64,000 nucleotides of DNA from Desulfatiglandales bacterium (GCA_963662465.1 OY759599.1:3392001-3456000), one strand, 5' to 3'; shown: positions 19,553 to 29,108, counted from the stretch's first letter. Program-made: numbers and translations. The notes: generated by a model from the letters alone, not told the origin.

Positions 19553-20886
19553 GATGGGTTCTCCCGCGCGGGCGTTGTGGAACTTTGACCGATTTCCACG
19601 TCAGCGGTGCGCAGCGGCATCCCTTCCACGGGTGCGGTCAGATCGGTCACAACGAGCCGTTCCCCCGGGGCGATGCCGCCGGTAATCAGGACCCGGTCCG
19701 TTCCACGGAAGGCGATCTCCACCGGGCGGATGGCGAGATCCCCTTGGGGGTCCATGACCCAGACGTTTTTGCCGTTATGGATGAATTCACGGTCGACGGC
19801 CGCGGCCGACGGCACGGTTTTCCCTTCGATTTCCACCCGGACATAGGCATTGATCAGCATGGAAGGCTTGCCGGCATTGCCGGGCTCAAGGCTCAGGGGG
19901 TCTTCCACCCGGACCAGCAGCCGCGCCATGCGTCCCTGCTCTTCCAGGTCCGCTTCCAGGCGGATCACCCGACCTTCCCTGTAGACGCCATGGCCCCATG
20001 CGGCAGGATCATGGATTCGGACCAGCGCCCCTTTTTCTTCCTCGGATCGGGGGATCCGGATCCAGCGCAGCCGGCTTACCGGCACCGACACTTCCACCCA
20101 GTAGGCATCGGTGCCGATCAGGGTGGCCAGAACGGTGGATTCGTTGGCCCGGGTCCCGATGGTTACCTCACGGGAGTGGACCATGGCATTAAAAGGCGCT
20201 TTGATCCGGGTGCGCGAAAGATCGACCCGGGCCTGTTCCAGCTTGGCCTGGGCCGCTTCAAGGGTGGCACGCAAGTTCATCAACTGGGGCCGGCGCAGGA
20301 TCAGGGCTTTCTCCGCATCGCTGACCGTCTCGCCCAACAGTTTGTACTCTTTTTGGGCCACCAACTGGTTGCCCTGTTCAAGCTGCAAGTCCGATTCGGC
20401 TTTTGCGACATCGGTGGTCAGATGCCGTACGGACAGGCGGTAGTCTGTGGGATCGATTTTGAGCAGTGTGGCGCCCTTACGGAAATGGCCCCCGGGAACC
20501 AGGTTGCGGTCCATCTCGATGATTTCGCCGTTGACCTGGGGTTTCAGGTCCACGCTGCGGGCCGCCACAACGGTTCCCATACCGGATAGAAGGGTCTTTT
20601 GGGGGCCGTATGCCACATTTTTCACCCCCACCAGGGTTGTGCTGCGCCCCCGGGGGCGCGGTTTCGCCTGGGGCCCGGTCTCCATAAGCCATCCGGCAAT
20701 GGCCGCGCCCGCAACCAGGACCGCCACGGGCAGCAGGATACGGAGAATCCTCCGTCGTCGGGGGATGCTTTTGATACCCGCGTTGAAGATTTCGCTGTTT
20801 GAAATTTCCATATTGGGGTTTTTATCAGGATCGGATATTGAGCTTTTTTGTTTGGGCGACATGCGTTTCACCTCTTGCTTTTCCAC
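19549..20886 (-). CDS. RND periplasmic adaptor (MFP)
   Basis: TM anchor, PQVNGEI lipoyl half, RTRIKAPF; start uncertain. Confidence 0.92.
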   Translation of the reverse strand: MEKQEVKRMSPKQKSSISDPDKNPNMEISNSEIFNAGIKSIPRRRRILRILLPVAVLVAGAAIAGWLMETGPQAKPRPRGRSTTLVGVKNVAYGPQKTLLSGMGTVVAARSVDLKPQVNGEIIEMDRNLVPGGHFRKGATLLKIDPTDYRLSVRHLTTDVAKAESDLQLEQGNQLVAQKEYKLLGETVSDAEKALILRRPQLMNLRATLEAAQAKLEQARVDLSRTRIKAPFNAMVHSREVTIGTRANESTVLATLIGTDAYWVEVSVPVSRLRWIRIPRSEEEKGALVRIHDPAAWGHGVYREGRVIRLEADLEEQGRMARLLVRVEDPLSLEPGNAGKPSMLINAYVRVEIEGKTVPSAAAVDREFIHNGKNVWVMDPQGDLAIRPVEIAFRGTDRVLITGGIAPGERLVVTDLTAPVEGMPLRTADVEIGQSSTTPARENPS

Positions 20887-20922
20887 TGTCGGATCGTATG
20901 AAGGGATCCTACCGTCAGGGGT

Positions 20923-20962
20923 GTGAACAGGCCGTCAAAAGAAAGTGAAAAAAACGTGAAAT
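20923..20962 (-). promoter_or_regulatory. Second ColR-box-like operator array upstream of the MFP-RND-RR-HK operon
   Basis: Half-sites at 20923, 20934, 20945 and 20956; about 40 bp closely similar to 14304-14343. Confidence 0.75.
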
Positions 20963-21017
20963 CCTCAAAATTCTCATGGAATTCAGCAATAAATGCTTCG
21001 CCGGTTCAGTTCCTCCT

Positions 21018-21042
21018 GGTTCCCACGCTCTGCGTGGGAACC
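21018..21042. repeat. REP-type palindrome GGTTCCCACGC-tct-GCGTGGGAACC
   Basis: Perfect 11-bp arms in an intergenic position. Confidence 0.65.
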
Positions 21043-21168
21043 TCAGAGTTGTCCATAATGAGAATTGCTGGTTTCACAATTCCGGCCTTGACCCACAAGC
21101 TGATTTTCTCTATGCTCATCGCTGAAAATAGTAATGTCTTATCACCTCACCAGAATGGAGGGGTCGCC

Positions 21169-21402
21169 ATGATGCAACGTATAACAGCAAACCCAATGAT
21201 ATTAGGCGGAAAACCGATCATAAAGGGAATACGTATGTCGGTCGAGTTTATCCTCGACCTGCTGGCTTCCGGCGTTTCCGAGGGAGAAATTCTTGAAGAT
21301 TATCCGCATTTGACAAAAAACGACATACAGGCGTGTCTAAGATATGCCGCGCGTTCCTGTAAAAACGAGATTTATGTAGCGCTGGAGACAGTTACCGCAT
21401 GA
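21169..21402 (+). CDS. DUF433-family antitoxin
   Basis: RITANPMILGGKPIIKGIRMSVEFILDLL...EILEDYPHL; GGAGG RBS. Confidence 0.9.
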   Translation: MMQRITANPMILGGKPIIKGIRMSVEFILDLLASGVSEGEILEDYPHLTKNDIQACLRYAARSCKNEIYVALETVTA

Positions 21403-21609
21403 AATTAGGTTTCATCAAGATTCTTGCGGATGAAAATATTTCACCGAAAGTACAGAATTCTATACTTACGGTTGAGGGACTTGAAACCAACCAGTGTCGT
21501 TCGTGTTTGCCGGCAGGTATTTCGTCAGGATCTGGATATTTTTCCCGGCACAATCCTTGTCATCGAAGAAAGCAGGATACGGATTCGGCATCCCTTTCTA
21601 AACGACTGA
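21399..21609 (+). pseudogene. DUF5615 PIN-like toxin with internal deletion and frameshift
   Basis: N-terminal LADENIS motif is joined out of frame to a C-terminal ILYLRL...ILVIEESRIRIR; the middle is missing. Confidence 0.75.
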
Positions 21610-21802
21610 TCATGGAGACTACTCAGAAGTTTATTCTGATAAAATGAGAAATGAAAGCAATCCCTATTCAGGATCTTTCACCATCAATTTTTTGGCTTGA
21701 TGGTATATGCATAATGTGTCCTCTTTTGACACATTTGATGGTATCATCGCAACAAGTATTTGATATGCTGGATCAAAAATGGAAATTCCTATGCTTTCAA
21801 GT

Positions 21803-22135
21803 TTAGGATACAGCTGTTTCGTTTTTTCCAATAGACGAAAAGTTTGTAATTCTTACGGCGCCATCTGGGAAACGCGCTACAATATCAAGCTCCCCCCCCA
21901 TAGCCTCAATAGTCGAACGTAAAGTGGAAATATAGATATCGGTGCGCTTTTCCAGTTTGGCTACATTCGGTTGCTTGATTTGTAAAGCTTTCGCCAGCAC
22001 TTCTTGAGATAACCCTCTGGCACGGCGCAATTCGTGCAGAGGCATCTCAGCAAGCATCTCCCGATAACGGGCGTCGGAACGGACGATGGCTTCCTCCGAC
22101 ATTTTGGCTTCCAGTTCAGCAAATTTACGTGCCAT
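21803..22135 (-). CDS. XRE/HigA-type antitoxin
   Basis: LHELRRARGLSQ...QPNVAKLEKRTDIYISTLRSTIEAMGGEL. Confidence 0.9.
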   Translation of the reverse strand: MARKFAELEAKMSEEAIVRSDARYREMLAEMPLHELRRARGLSQEVLAKALQIKQPNVAKLEKRTDIYISTLRSTIEAMGGELDIVARFPDGAVRITNFSSIGKNETAVS

Positions 22136-22151
22136 TTTTCGAGTTCTCCTT

Positions 22152-22493
22152 TCACAAGGCTTCTAAATGTTCGTCATAAAGTCGATCCGCAATCGGCACA
22201 TGTTTTTCATACCATCGATCCTTGCCCGTCTTATCGCTACCAATCAAAAGAATTGCGCAGCGACGGGGATCAAAAGCATAGAGTATACGATATGGACGGC
22301 CACTGTGTTGAATTCGCAGTTCACGCATATTGCCATGGCGAGAGGTCGTCATGTCGCTGGAGTGCGGAAAACGCAGTTGAGGACCAAAGTTGGCCAGCAG
22401 TTTTACAGTGGCTCGAACTGATTCCTGCTCCCCTTCGGTAAGCCCATCCCACCATTGGCCGAACTCATCTATATACTCAATTTCCCATTTCAT
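22152..22493 (-). CDS. RelE/HigB-type (Gp49-like) toxin
   Basis: GPQLRFPHS, MRELRIQ, YRILYAFDPRRCAILLIG; toxin precedes antitoxin. Confidence 0.9.
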   Translation of the reverse strand: MKWEIEYIDEFGQWWDGLTEGEQESVRATVKLLANFGPQLRFPHSSDMTTSRHGNMRELRIQHSGRPYRILYAFDPRRCAILLIGSDKTGKDRWYEKHVPIADRLYDEHLEAL

Positions 22494-22499
22494 AGCACA

Positions 22500-22528
22500 A
22501 TTATACCTTACAGGGAATATATCTTCAA
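22500..22528 (-). promoter_or_regulatory. Sigma70 promoter for the HigBA-like operon, probably leaderless
   Basis: TTGAAG-N17-TATAAT, then 6 nt to ATG 22493; no RBS. Confidence 0.7.
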
Positions 22529-22605
22529 GGGTATATTACGGTTTTTATAGAACTCTGCGGGCCTTGAGCATAATTCCGGGGATAAAATACAAAATTATTG
22601 GCCAG

Positions 22606-22630
22606 TTATGTTGCGGAATGGGTTATGTTG
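22606..22630 (+). repeat. TTATGTTG-N9-TTATGTTG motif (RIT-like terminal repeat?)
   Basis: The same architecture occurs inverted at 32147-32171. Confidence 0.5.
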
Positions 22631-22905
22631 TGTTCCTTTCAAAATATCTTACACTCTTTCCAACAGATTTCTATGGGCGCTGGGTCGGATGGGAATTGGA
22701 TGAGAAAAATTCGGATGTGAATTCCGATTACCGGGCGTTTTATTTTTGCATTGAAAAACACATTTGTGTGTACACAATTAACGTCAGGGTGGGTCTGGGA
22801 TGACTACAACATATTGTATTTTCCGGAACTCTCCCAGAAGTCGTCCACATCCAGATTGGTGGCTCTAATCTTTACGTTTGGCTGCGTGACATATGTTGGA
22901 GATAT

Positions 22906-23038
22906 CTGCAACGTCGGGGGTAAGCTGCCGCCAACATTGCGAGGCAAGTACCTCACGGGCGCCCCTTGACTGTGTATGGAGCAGTAGCCGTCAAGAACCG
23001 CGTTTCTGTTGGCAGTCAGCTTGACCCCATGGTTGGGC
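22906..23038 (-). mobile_element. Integron attC site, copy B (cassette truncated)
   Basis: 22899-23064 is nearly identical to 30638-30803; R''/L''/L'/R' boxes retained. Confidence 0.82.
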
Positions 23039-23187
23039 GTATCGTTTTCCGTGCGATGTCAATAGTTGGAGTTATGTTGCAGGTTTCAAGACAGCCTTCA
23101 GTGGCGTGACATTTTGCGTCCGCTGGAAAGCATAATTATACCTCAATTAAGGTTCCACCAGCATTTTTTTTCCTGCGAGCAAGATCT

Positions 23188-23387
23188 ATCGGTGAATTTG
23201 AAGCCAAGCTCTTGGCTATGGCTTGTTCGGAGGCGCCAGAAGGTCGAGAACAATGGACAATGCGGCTATTGGCTGAGAAAATGGTTGAATTGGAAATCGT
23301 ACCGAGTGTTTCTCAGATGACTGTGTGTAACACTTTAAAAAAAATGAAATTAAGCCTCACTTAAGCAAATACTGGAAAATACCGCCT
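23188..23387 (+). pseudogene. IS630-family transposase fragment
   Basis: EAKLLAMACSEAPEGREQWTMRLLAEKMVELEIV...TLKK / EIKPHLSKYWKIPP around the A-run frameshift site. Confidence 0.8.
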
Positions 23388-23485
23388 TCTGTTCCCAAAA
23401 ATTATATTTTTGGAGATTCATACATGATGTGAACTATTTAGGCAGAGCAACCAAGAATTAAATTGCAGAGGTTGAAGAAACTTTC

Positions 23486-23535
23486 TTGACATCATAATTG
23501 GGCAAGCGTATATTTCCGTAACAGCATATATGAGT
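23486..23535 (+). promoter_or_regulatory. Sigma70 promoter with a putative overlapping ArsR operator
   Basis: TTGACA(23486)-N17-TATATT(23509); ATAT...ATAT dyad overlapping the -10/+1 region. Confidence 0.7.
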
Positions 23536-23539
23536 TCAA

Positions 23540-23702
23540 ATGAAAAAATTTATAGAAGTGATGAAAGCCCTTTCCGACCCCAACCGGGTTAGAATCATTA
23601 AGCTGCTACAGCACCGCTCCATATGTGTGTGAACTTCAGGCTGGATTGGGTATTTCTCAGCCCGCCGTATCCAAACATCTGAAAATACTTGAGGGGGCAG
23701 GT
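23540..23702 (+). pseudogene. arsR: ArsR/SmtB repressor, frameshifted and truncated
   Basis: MKKFIEVMKALSDPNRVRIIKLLQHRSICV / ELQAGLGISQPAVSKHLKILEGAG; 2-bp loss in a TG repeat at the CVCEL motif. Confidence 0.85.
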
Positions 23703-23789
23703 AGAGAAGATCTCTGCAAAAAGTAATTTATTTTGCGCTTGATATATCGCCATATAGCGATCCATAAATTCATAATACGGCCATCGGCC

Positions 23790-23927
23790 GTAAAGAAGGT
23801 TAAAGACATCATGGAAATTGCCAAGCACGGGGTTTTCATGACCCCTGCCGTGGTAGTGGACGGAGAGGTGAAGAGTGTGGGCAAGGCGCCTTCAAAAGAG
23901 GATATCAAAGGATGGATAACCCAATAA
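23790..23927 (+). pseudogene. C-terminal half of a small redox-active disulfide protein (thioredoxin-like)
   Basis: VKKVKDIMEIAKHGVFMTPAVVVDGEVKSVGKAPS; the N-terminal CxxC is absent. Confidence 0.75.
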
Positions 23928-23961
23928 TCAATCCATAACCCGTGCAACAGGAGTGAATGAC

Positions 23962-24834
23962 ATGGCACATCAGAAAAACGGGATACACGACCTGGTCAAG
24001 GAAAAATATTCCGCCATCGCCCAGGGCAAACGCGGCCTGGGAGCGTCTTCTTGCTGCGGCGGCCCCACGCCCCTTGTGGACATCCAGACCCTTTCGAAAA
24101 CACTTGACTACGGGGATGAAGATCTTCTTCTGGCCCCCGGAAAGGCAAACCTGGGACTGGGGTGCGGAAACCCCATCGGCGTAGCCGATTTGAAACCGGG
24201 AGAAGCGGTGCTGGATCTTGGGAGCGGCGCCGGGTTTGATGCTTTTCTGGCGGCTCGGCGTGTGGGCGAATCCGGGATGGTCATCGGTACGGACATGACC
24301 TCCGAAATGATTGATAAGGCCAAGGCGAATGCGGAAGAACTGAACATCAACAACGTTGAATTCCGCTTTGGTAAAATCGAGGCGCTTCCCGTGGAGGACT
24401 CTTTTGTGGATGTGGTCATCTCCAATTGCGTGATCAACCTCTCCCCGGATAAAGAAGCCGTTTTCGGTGAAATCCACCGGGTCCTGAAACCGGGAGGCCG
24501 CATCGTTATTTCCGATGTGCTTCGATCAGGGGAAATGCCTGAAGAACTCAAGAACAACCCCCTCGCCTATACCGACTGAGTGGCCGGGGCCATTTCACCC
24601 GGTGAGGTGAAAGGGATTCTCTCCGATCTGGGATTTCAGCAAATCGACATCAGATCGAAAGAACAAAGTGACAACATCATTAAGAACTGGAATGTGGCCG
24701 AAGGCGCCGAAAAGGTGGTGTTTTCCGCCTACATTCTGGCGGTGAAACCAAACATAGGTTTTCAGGCATCAGGGCTTCTATGCAGAAACAAAGGCGCTGA
24801 AACAGTTTTTTTCAATCTAAAACCCAATTTTTAA
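23962..24834 (+). CDS. arsM: Arsenite S-adenosylmethionine methyltransferase, probable selenoprotein (UGA 24577-24579 = Sec)
   Basis: SCCG, LGLGCGNP, LDLGSGAGFD and ISNCVINL motifs; frame continues LAYTD-U-VAGAI where homologues have Cys; hairpin follows the UGA. Confidence 0.85.
24593..24612 (+). promoter_or_regulatory. Putative bacterial SECIS hairpin
   Basis: TTTCACC-CGGTGA-GGTGAAA begins 13 nt after the in-frame TGA; G-containing loop. Confidence 0.65.
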
Positions 24835-24847
24835 GGAGGTCGATACG

Positions 24848-25186
24848 ATGTCTGACGCACGCCTTTTAGCGGAATGGTTTCCGGAGTTCGCTGAACATCT
24901 GGACAAAATGGATGAAACCTACAAGGAAATGCGAACCATCGATGAAAAGACCTATCAGTTCATCTGCTTCGCCCTGGCCATTAAGGCCCGCTCAAAGCCT
25001 TGTCTGCTGAAGCATTTCATGGGCGCCCTGGAAGCGGGGGCCACGGTAAAGGAACTTTCATACATCATGGCGTTGACCTTCAGGGAGGCGGCGGGCGGGG
25101 ACGACTGCTGGACCCATGATGCCCTTGGGGATTATAAGGCCCTCATTGCCGAAGGCCTGAAGAGTTCGGAGTGTTGCAAGCGGTAA
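24848..25186 (+). CDS. Carboxymuconolactone decarboxylase/AhpD-like protein
   Basis: IDEKTYQFICFALAIKAR...HFMGALEAGATVKEL; AAGGAGGT RBS; C-terminal CC. Confidence 0.8.
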   Translation: MSDARLLAEWFPEFAEHLDKMDETYKEMRTIDEKTYQFICFALAIKARSKPCLLKHFMGALEAGATVKELSYIMALTFREAAGGDDCWTHDALGDYKALIAEGLKSSECCKR

Positions 25187-25348
25187 TGTCTTTTGGCCCC
25201 TGAGCATATGGTGTTTTCAACGCTCGTGGCCCAGGGGGCGAAGGGAGCGGTTTCTCTCTTGATGACTAAATGAATGTTTTTACACAATGAAGACCCTGAC
25301 ACCTTTTTTTTGTCCATCATATGTCACCGGACCAGGAGATACTGACCC

Positions 25349-25879
25349 ATGAAAAAAGGCGGAAATGCAGGAAAGACATGGCGAGCCATCCGGCAGTCGG
25401 GGCTGATTCTTACTTTGGCTGCAATAACGGGCCTTCTGATAAACCAAGCCCGGTCCAACACCCTTCCGCCGGCAGCCAGTTGGGCGCCGGAGTCCCGTTT
25501 AACCACTGATACGGGGAATAGCATGGTCGTTTCTCTCGATGAGGCGGGAAGTCTCTGCCTTGAGAAGCAGGCCATATTCCTTGATGCACGATCTCCCCGG
25601 GATTATGCCATGGGACATATTCGTGGTGCTCAAAATATTCCATGGCAATCTTTTGACCAATATATCGACCGCATCTTCGACACGATACCGGAAGATACCC
25701 GGATCATAACGTACTGTGACGGAGAGCACTGTTCCCTGAGCGAAGACCTTGCCAAAGAGCTGGTTTCCATGGGCTACAAAAAGGTGCAGGTTCTTCTAAA
25801 TGGCTGGACGAGGTGGCAGGAGGCAGGACTTCCCGTAGAAAAAGGAGAGATGGGTCCTTCGGATGGCCGGAAAGGATGA
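25349..25879 (+). CDS. Membrane-anchored rhodanese-domain protein
   Basis: N-terminal TM; FLDAR, GHIRGA, ITYCDG, GWTRW. Confidence 0.85.
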   Translation: MKKGGNAGKTWRAIRQSGLILTLAAITGLLINQARSNTLPPAASWAPESRLTTDTGNSMVVSLDEAGSLCLEKQAIFLDARSPRDYAMGHIRGAQNIPWQSFDQYIDRIFDTIPEDTRIITYCDGEHCSLSEDLAKELVSMGYKKVQVLLNGWTRWQEAGLPVEKGEMGPSDGRKG

Positions 25880-26034
25880 CAATGGAAACGCACCCTAAAA
25901 TCGGGCATGGGCCTGAGAACAGTGAGGCGAGGGATGAACGGCGCACTGCATCATCCATTAATTTTTAACGCAAGGTTTCCGACGATAGGCGTCGGGTTGA
26001 ACAAACTGAGGTTTATTAATTTTTATCAGGAGGC

Positions 26035-26649
26035 ATGATCATGAAAGATTTTCAAGAAATTTTCGAAACCGGTTTGAAATTTCACGGCCACAAATGCCCG
26101 GCCATGCCCATGGGGCTTAAAGCCGGTCTGGCAGCCATGGAAAAACTGGGAGTGGAACGATCCCGGGATAAAGAGCTTTATGTCAAATCAGAGACCGGAA
26201 AGGGGCATGCGGCCGGATGTTTCCTGGATGGCATAATGACCGCCACCGGCTGCACCTACGGCAAATCCAATATCGAAAAGCTTTACTATAATAAGATGGC
26301 TTTTACTCTGATCGATGTCAAAGCCGGTAAGGCGGTGCGAGTGTCGCTCAAACCGGATTTTTTTGAAATGGCGCTCAACTCCCCTTTCGTGCAGAAACGC
26401 AAGGCCGGCGTACCGCCCCAGGACATTGAACCGGAGATCACCGATCCGCTGGTGGAACGGATTAAAGGTTTGCCTGAAGCCAAGTTTCTGGATATCGGCG
26501 AAGTCCACACCGTGGATTTCAAGCCGGGCAAGGGCGTTTTCGAAGCCAAACGCTGTGAAAGCTGTGGGGAAATCACATTCGTCAACAAGCTGCGAGTGGG
26601 GACCGATGGAAAGGTTGTCTGCATCCCCTGTTCCGAATATGGCGAGTAG
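26035..26649 (+). CDS. FmdE-family protein with C-terminal Zn finger
   Basis: FHGHKCP, CFLDG...TGCTYG, CESCGE...CIPC. Confidence 0.88.
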   Translation: MIMKDFQEIFETGLKFHGHKCPAMPMGLKAGLAAMEKLGVERSRDKELYVKSETGKGHAAGCFLDGIMTATGCTYGKSNIEKLYYNKMAFTLIDVKAGKAVRVSLKPDFFEMALNSPFVQKRKAGVPPQDIEPEITDPLVERIKGLPEAKFLDIGEVHTVDFKPGKGVFEAKRCESCGEITFVNKLRVGTDGKVVCIPCSEYGE

Positions 26650-26730
26650 CCGAACCGGAAAGTAAAACCGGGGTGATCCTCCCCCGCCTGGTCGCGGGTG
26701 GTTCACCCCTGTTATCGGGAGGACATACAA

Positions 26731-27483
26731 ATGATTATTGCTCTGGTTACAGGCGCCATTCTGATCCTTGCTTTTATATTCTCAATGCTGGGTCTGGGAG
26801 GTGCAATGCTCTATATTCCCGTATTTCACTGGTTCGGCTATGATTTTAAATCCGTAGCCATTCCAACCGGGCTGCTGCTCAACGGGATTACGGCGCTGTC
26901 CGCCGCGGTGTTCTATCTCCGGTCGAAGATGGTGGACATTAAAGGGTCCATTCCGCTTATTGTCTCCTCTTTTATCGGGGCGCCGGTGGGCGCGTATTTC
27001 ACAAAATTGGTACCGACCCGGACACTCATCCTCCTCTTCGCCATTGCCATGGTCTTTGCGGGAGGCCGTATGCTAATGACTTCGGGGCGGGCTGATAAAG
27101 AAAAGATGATGGAAACGAGGCGCCGGATGACCCTGATGAGTATCGGGGGTTTTTTTATCGGCTTCATTGCCGGGCTTCTGGGAGTGGGCGGTGGGTTCCT
27201 GTTTGTCCCGATGATGATTGCCATGGGATATGCCACCAAACAGGCAGCCGCAACAAGCGCCTTTGTGGTGATCTTTTCATCTTTTTCAGGATTTGCCGGT
27301 CATATCGCGGAGGGGCATTTTAACTGGCCGCTGATGATCGCCACATCCGTTGCCGTCATCATCGCTTCTCAGATCGGCGCCAAGGTGATGAAAGAGAAAA
27401 TGAAAGCCCGCTGGATCAAACAGATGTTCGCCGTGGTGTTGCTGGCAGTTGCTGCCAAGCTTTTGTGGAAGCTTTTCTTATGA
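26731..27483 (+). CDS. TauE/SafE (TSUP) family sulfite exporter
   Basis: LGLGGAM and GLLGVGGG repeats; multiple TM helices. Confidence 0.88.
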   Translation: MIIALVTGAILILAFIFSMLGLGGAMLYIPVFHWFGYDFKSVAIPTGLLLNGITALSAAVFYLRSKMVDIKGSIPLIVSSFIGAPVGAYFTKLVPTRTLILLFAIAMVFAGGRMLMTSGRADKEKMMETRRRMTLMSIGGFFIGFIAGLLGVGGGFLFVPMMIAMGYATKQAAATSAFVVIFSSFSGFAGHIAEGHFNWPLMIATSVAVIIASQIGAKVMKEKMKARWIKQMFAVVLLAVAAKLLWKLFL

Positions 27484-27579
27484 CGGCGGCTGGTGATTTC
27501 GTAAAATTCAATGTTGAGGACAACAACGCGCAACGTCTTTTTTTGCAGTGTACTTACCGGTTCCAATTTTAGCGGAGAA

Positions 27580-28581
27580 ATGGAAATGCATCATAAAATC
27601 GAGCATGGGCCTGAGAGCAGCGAAACGGTGGCGCATGTTCACGGTTCAACCGGCGCCTGCTCACACCATCACGTGGATATGGAAGACACCAGTGGGTCCC
27701 GACTCTTATGGACATTGGCACTCAACCTCATGATCCCCGTAGCCCAGCTCATCGGAGGGGTTTACGCCAACAGCATGGCCCTCATCTCCGATGCCACTCA
27801 TAACTTCAGCGACTTCGTGGCCATTTTGATTGCCTACATTGCCCATCGCATCGGCAAGAAAGGGCCTTCTTTTCAAAACACCTTCGGTTACAAGCGGGCG
27901 GAGATCCTGGCCGCTACCATAAACGTAGCCATTCTCATAGGCGCCTCGGCTTTCATCGTCTACGGGGCAGTGGATCGGTTTTATCACCCGCAGGCCGTTT
28001 TCGGCAATGTGGTCATTCTCTTGGCCGGTGTCGGGATACTGGGCAATGGTCTGTCCGCGTGGCTGCTCCATCGGGATTCAAAGCACAGCCTCAATGTCCG
28101 GGGCGCTTTCCTTCACATGTTGGGGGACCTTCTAACGTCCGTCATGGTGTTGGTCAGCGGGGTGATCCTCATTTTCAGGCCCTGGTACTGGCTGGACCCC
28201 TTGCTTTCCATTCTCATCGTCATTTTCATTCTGAAAAACTGCTGGTCCATCCTCAAGGCAAGTGCCGGGATACTCATGAATGCCACCCCGGAAGGGTTGA
28301 ACCTTGAGGAAATCAAGAATTACCTGGAACAAATCCCCGGTGTTTGCGGCGCCCATTATCTCCACGCCTGGAATATATCCGCTTCCAGTGTCGGTTTTTC
28401 CTGTCATGTGGAAGTGTTGGACCAGAAGGTCAGTAAGACCGAGAAGCTTGGGGAGACGATACGTCACGAGCTTTTCCATCGTTTCGGGATTGATCATCCG
28501 ATACTCCAGTTCGAAACCGGGCCATGTGGGAATGGAGGAGTTCTTTGCGAAATCTCTTGCGGAGAGGCTATAAATGGCTGA
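27580..28581 (+). CDS. Cation diffusion facilitator (CzcD/ZitB-like)
   Basis: His-rich N terminus; SMALISDATHNFSD, TFGYKRAE, RGAFLHMLGD. Confidence 0.92.
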   Translation: MEMHHKIEHGPESSETVAHVHGSTGACSHHHVDMEDTSGSRLLWTLALNLMIPVAQLIGGVYANSMALISDATHNFSDFVAILIAYIAHRIGKKGPSFQNTFGYKRAEILAATINVAILIGASAFIVYGAVDRFYHPQAVFGNVVILLAGVGILGNGLSAWLLHRDSKHSLNVRGAFLHMLGDLLTSVMVLVSGVILIFRPWYWLDPLLSILIVIFILKNCWSILKASAGILMNATPEGLNLEEIKNYLEQIPGVCGAHYLHAWNISASSVGFSCHVEVLDQKVSKTEKLGETIRHELFHRFGIDHPILQFETGPCGNGGVLCEISCGEAING

Positions 28582-29065
28582 AGGTCAAACAGGTTTTCTC
28601 AGGGGAGAGTGGAAACGGGAAGGACTTTTAGCCCTGTGCGCCCGTTTGATTCTCGGGGGTGTCTTTGTTTATGCGAGTATTGACAAAATAAAGCATCCCG
28701 AAGCCTTTGCCAAAGCCGTCTATAATTACCAGATCCTTCCGGACACCCTGATTAATCTTACGGCGGTTATGTTACCGTGGCTGGAGCTGATTCTGGGCCT
28801 CTTTCTGATTATCGGTCTCTTTCGGGAAGGGAGTGCATGTATAGCGACGGTTCTGATGCTTGTCTTTTTGGGGGCCATGATCTTCAATCTGGCGCGAGGT
28901 CTTGACATCCATTGCGGTTGTTTCAGCACGAGCACGGATGGCGCTAGCGACATTCCTATGACCTGGTATGTGATGAGGGACAGCCTTTTCCTGATCCCGG
29001 CATTCTATCTATTCTATCACACTTTCAGAGCAAAGGGCCGTATGGTAAGGGTCAAAGAATCATGA
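28574..29065 (+). CDS. DoxX/MauE-family membrane protein
   Basis: RLILGGVFVYASIDKI, LPWLEL, GLDIHCGCF. Confidence 0.88.
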   Translation: MAEGQTGFLRGEWKREGLLALCARLILGGVFVYASIDKIKHPEAFAKAVYNYQILPDTLINLTAVMLPWLELILGLFLIIGLFREGSACIATVLMLVFLGAMIFNLARGLDIHCGCFSTSTDGASDIPMTWYVMRDSLFLIPAFYLFYHTFRAKGRMVRVKES

Positions 29066-29108
29066 AAAGCGATCTGGAGGACAACTAATGGTTCTGACCA
29101 TTTCCGAT

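Noticed and set aside
21780..21810. attC after the HigBA-like pair
   Set aside because: No RYYYAAC/GTT pair or L boxes found.
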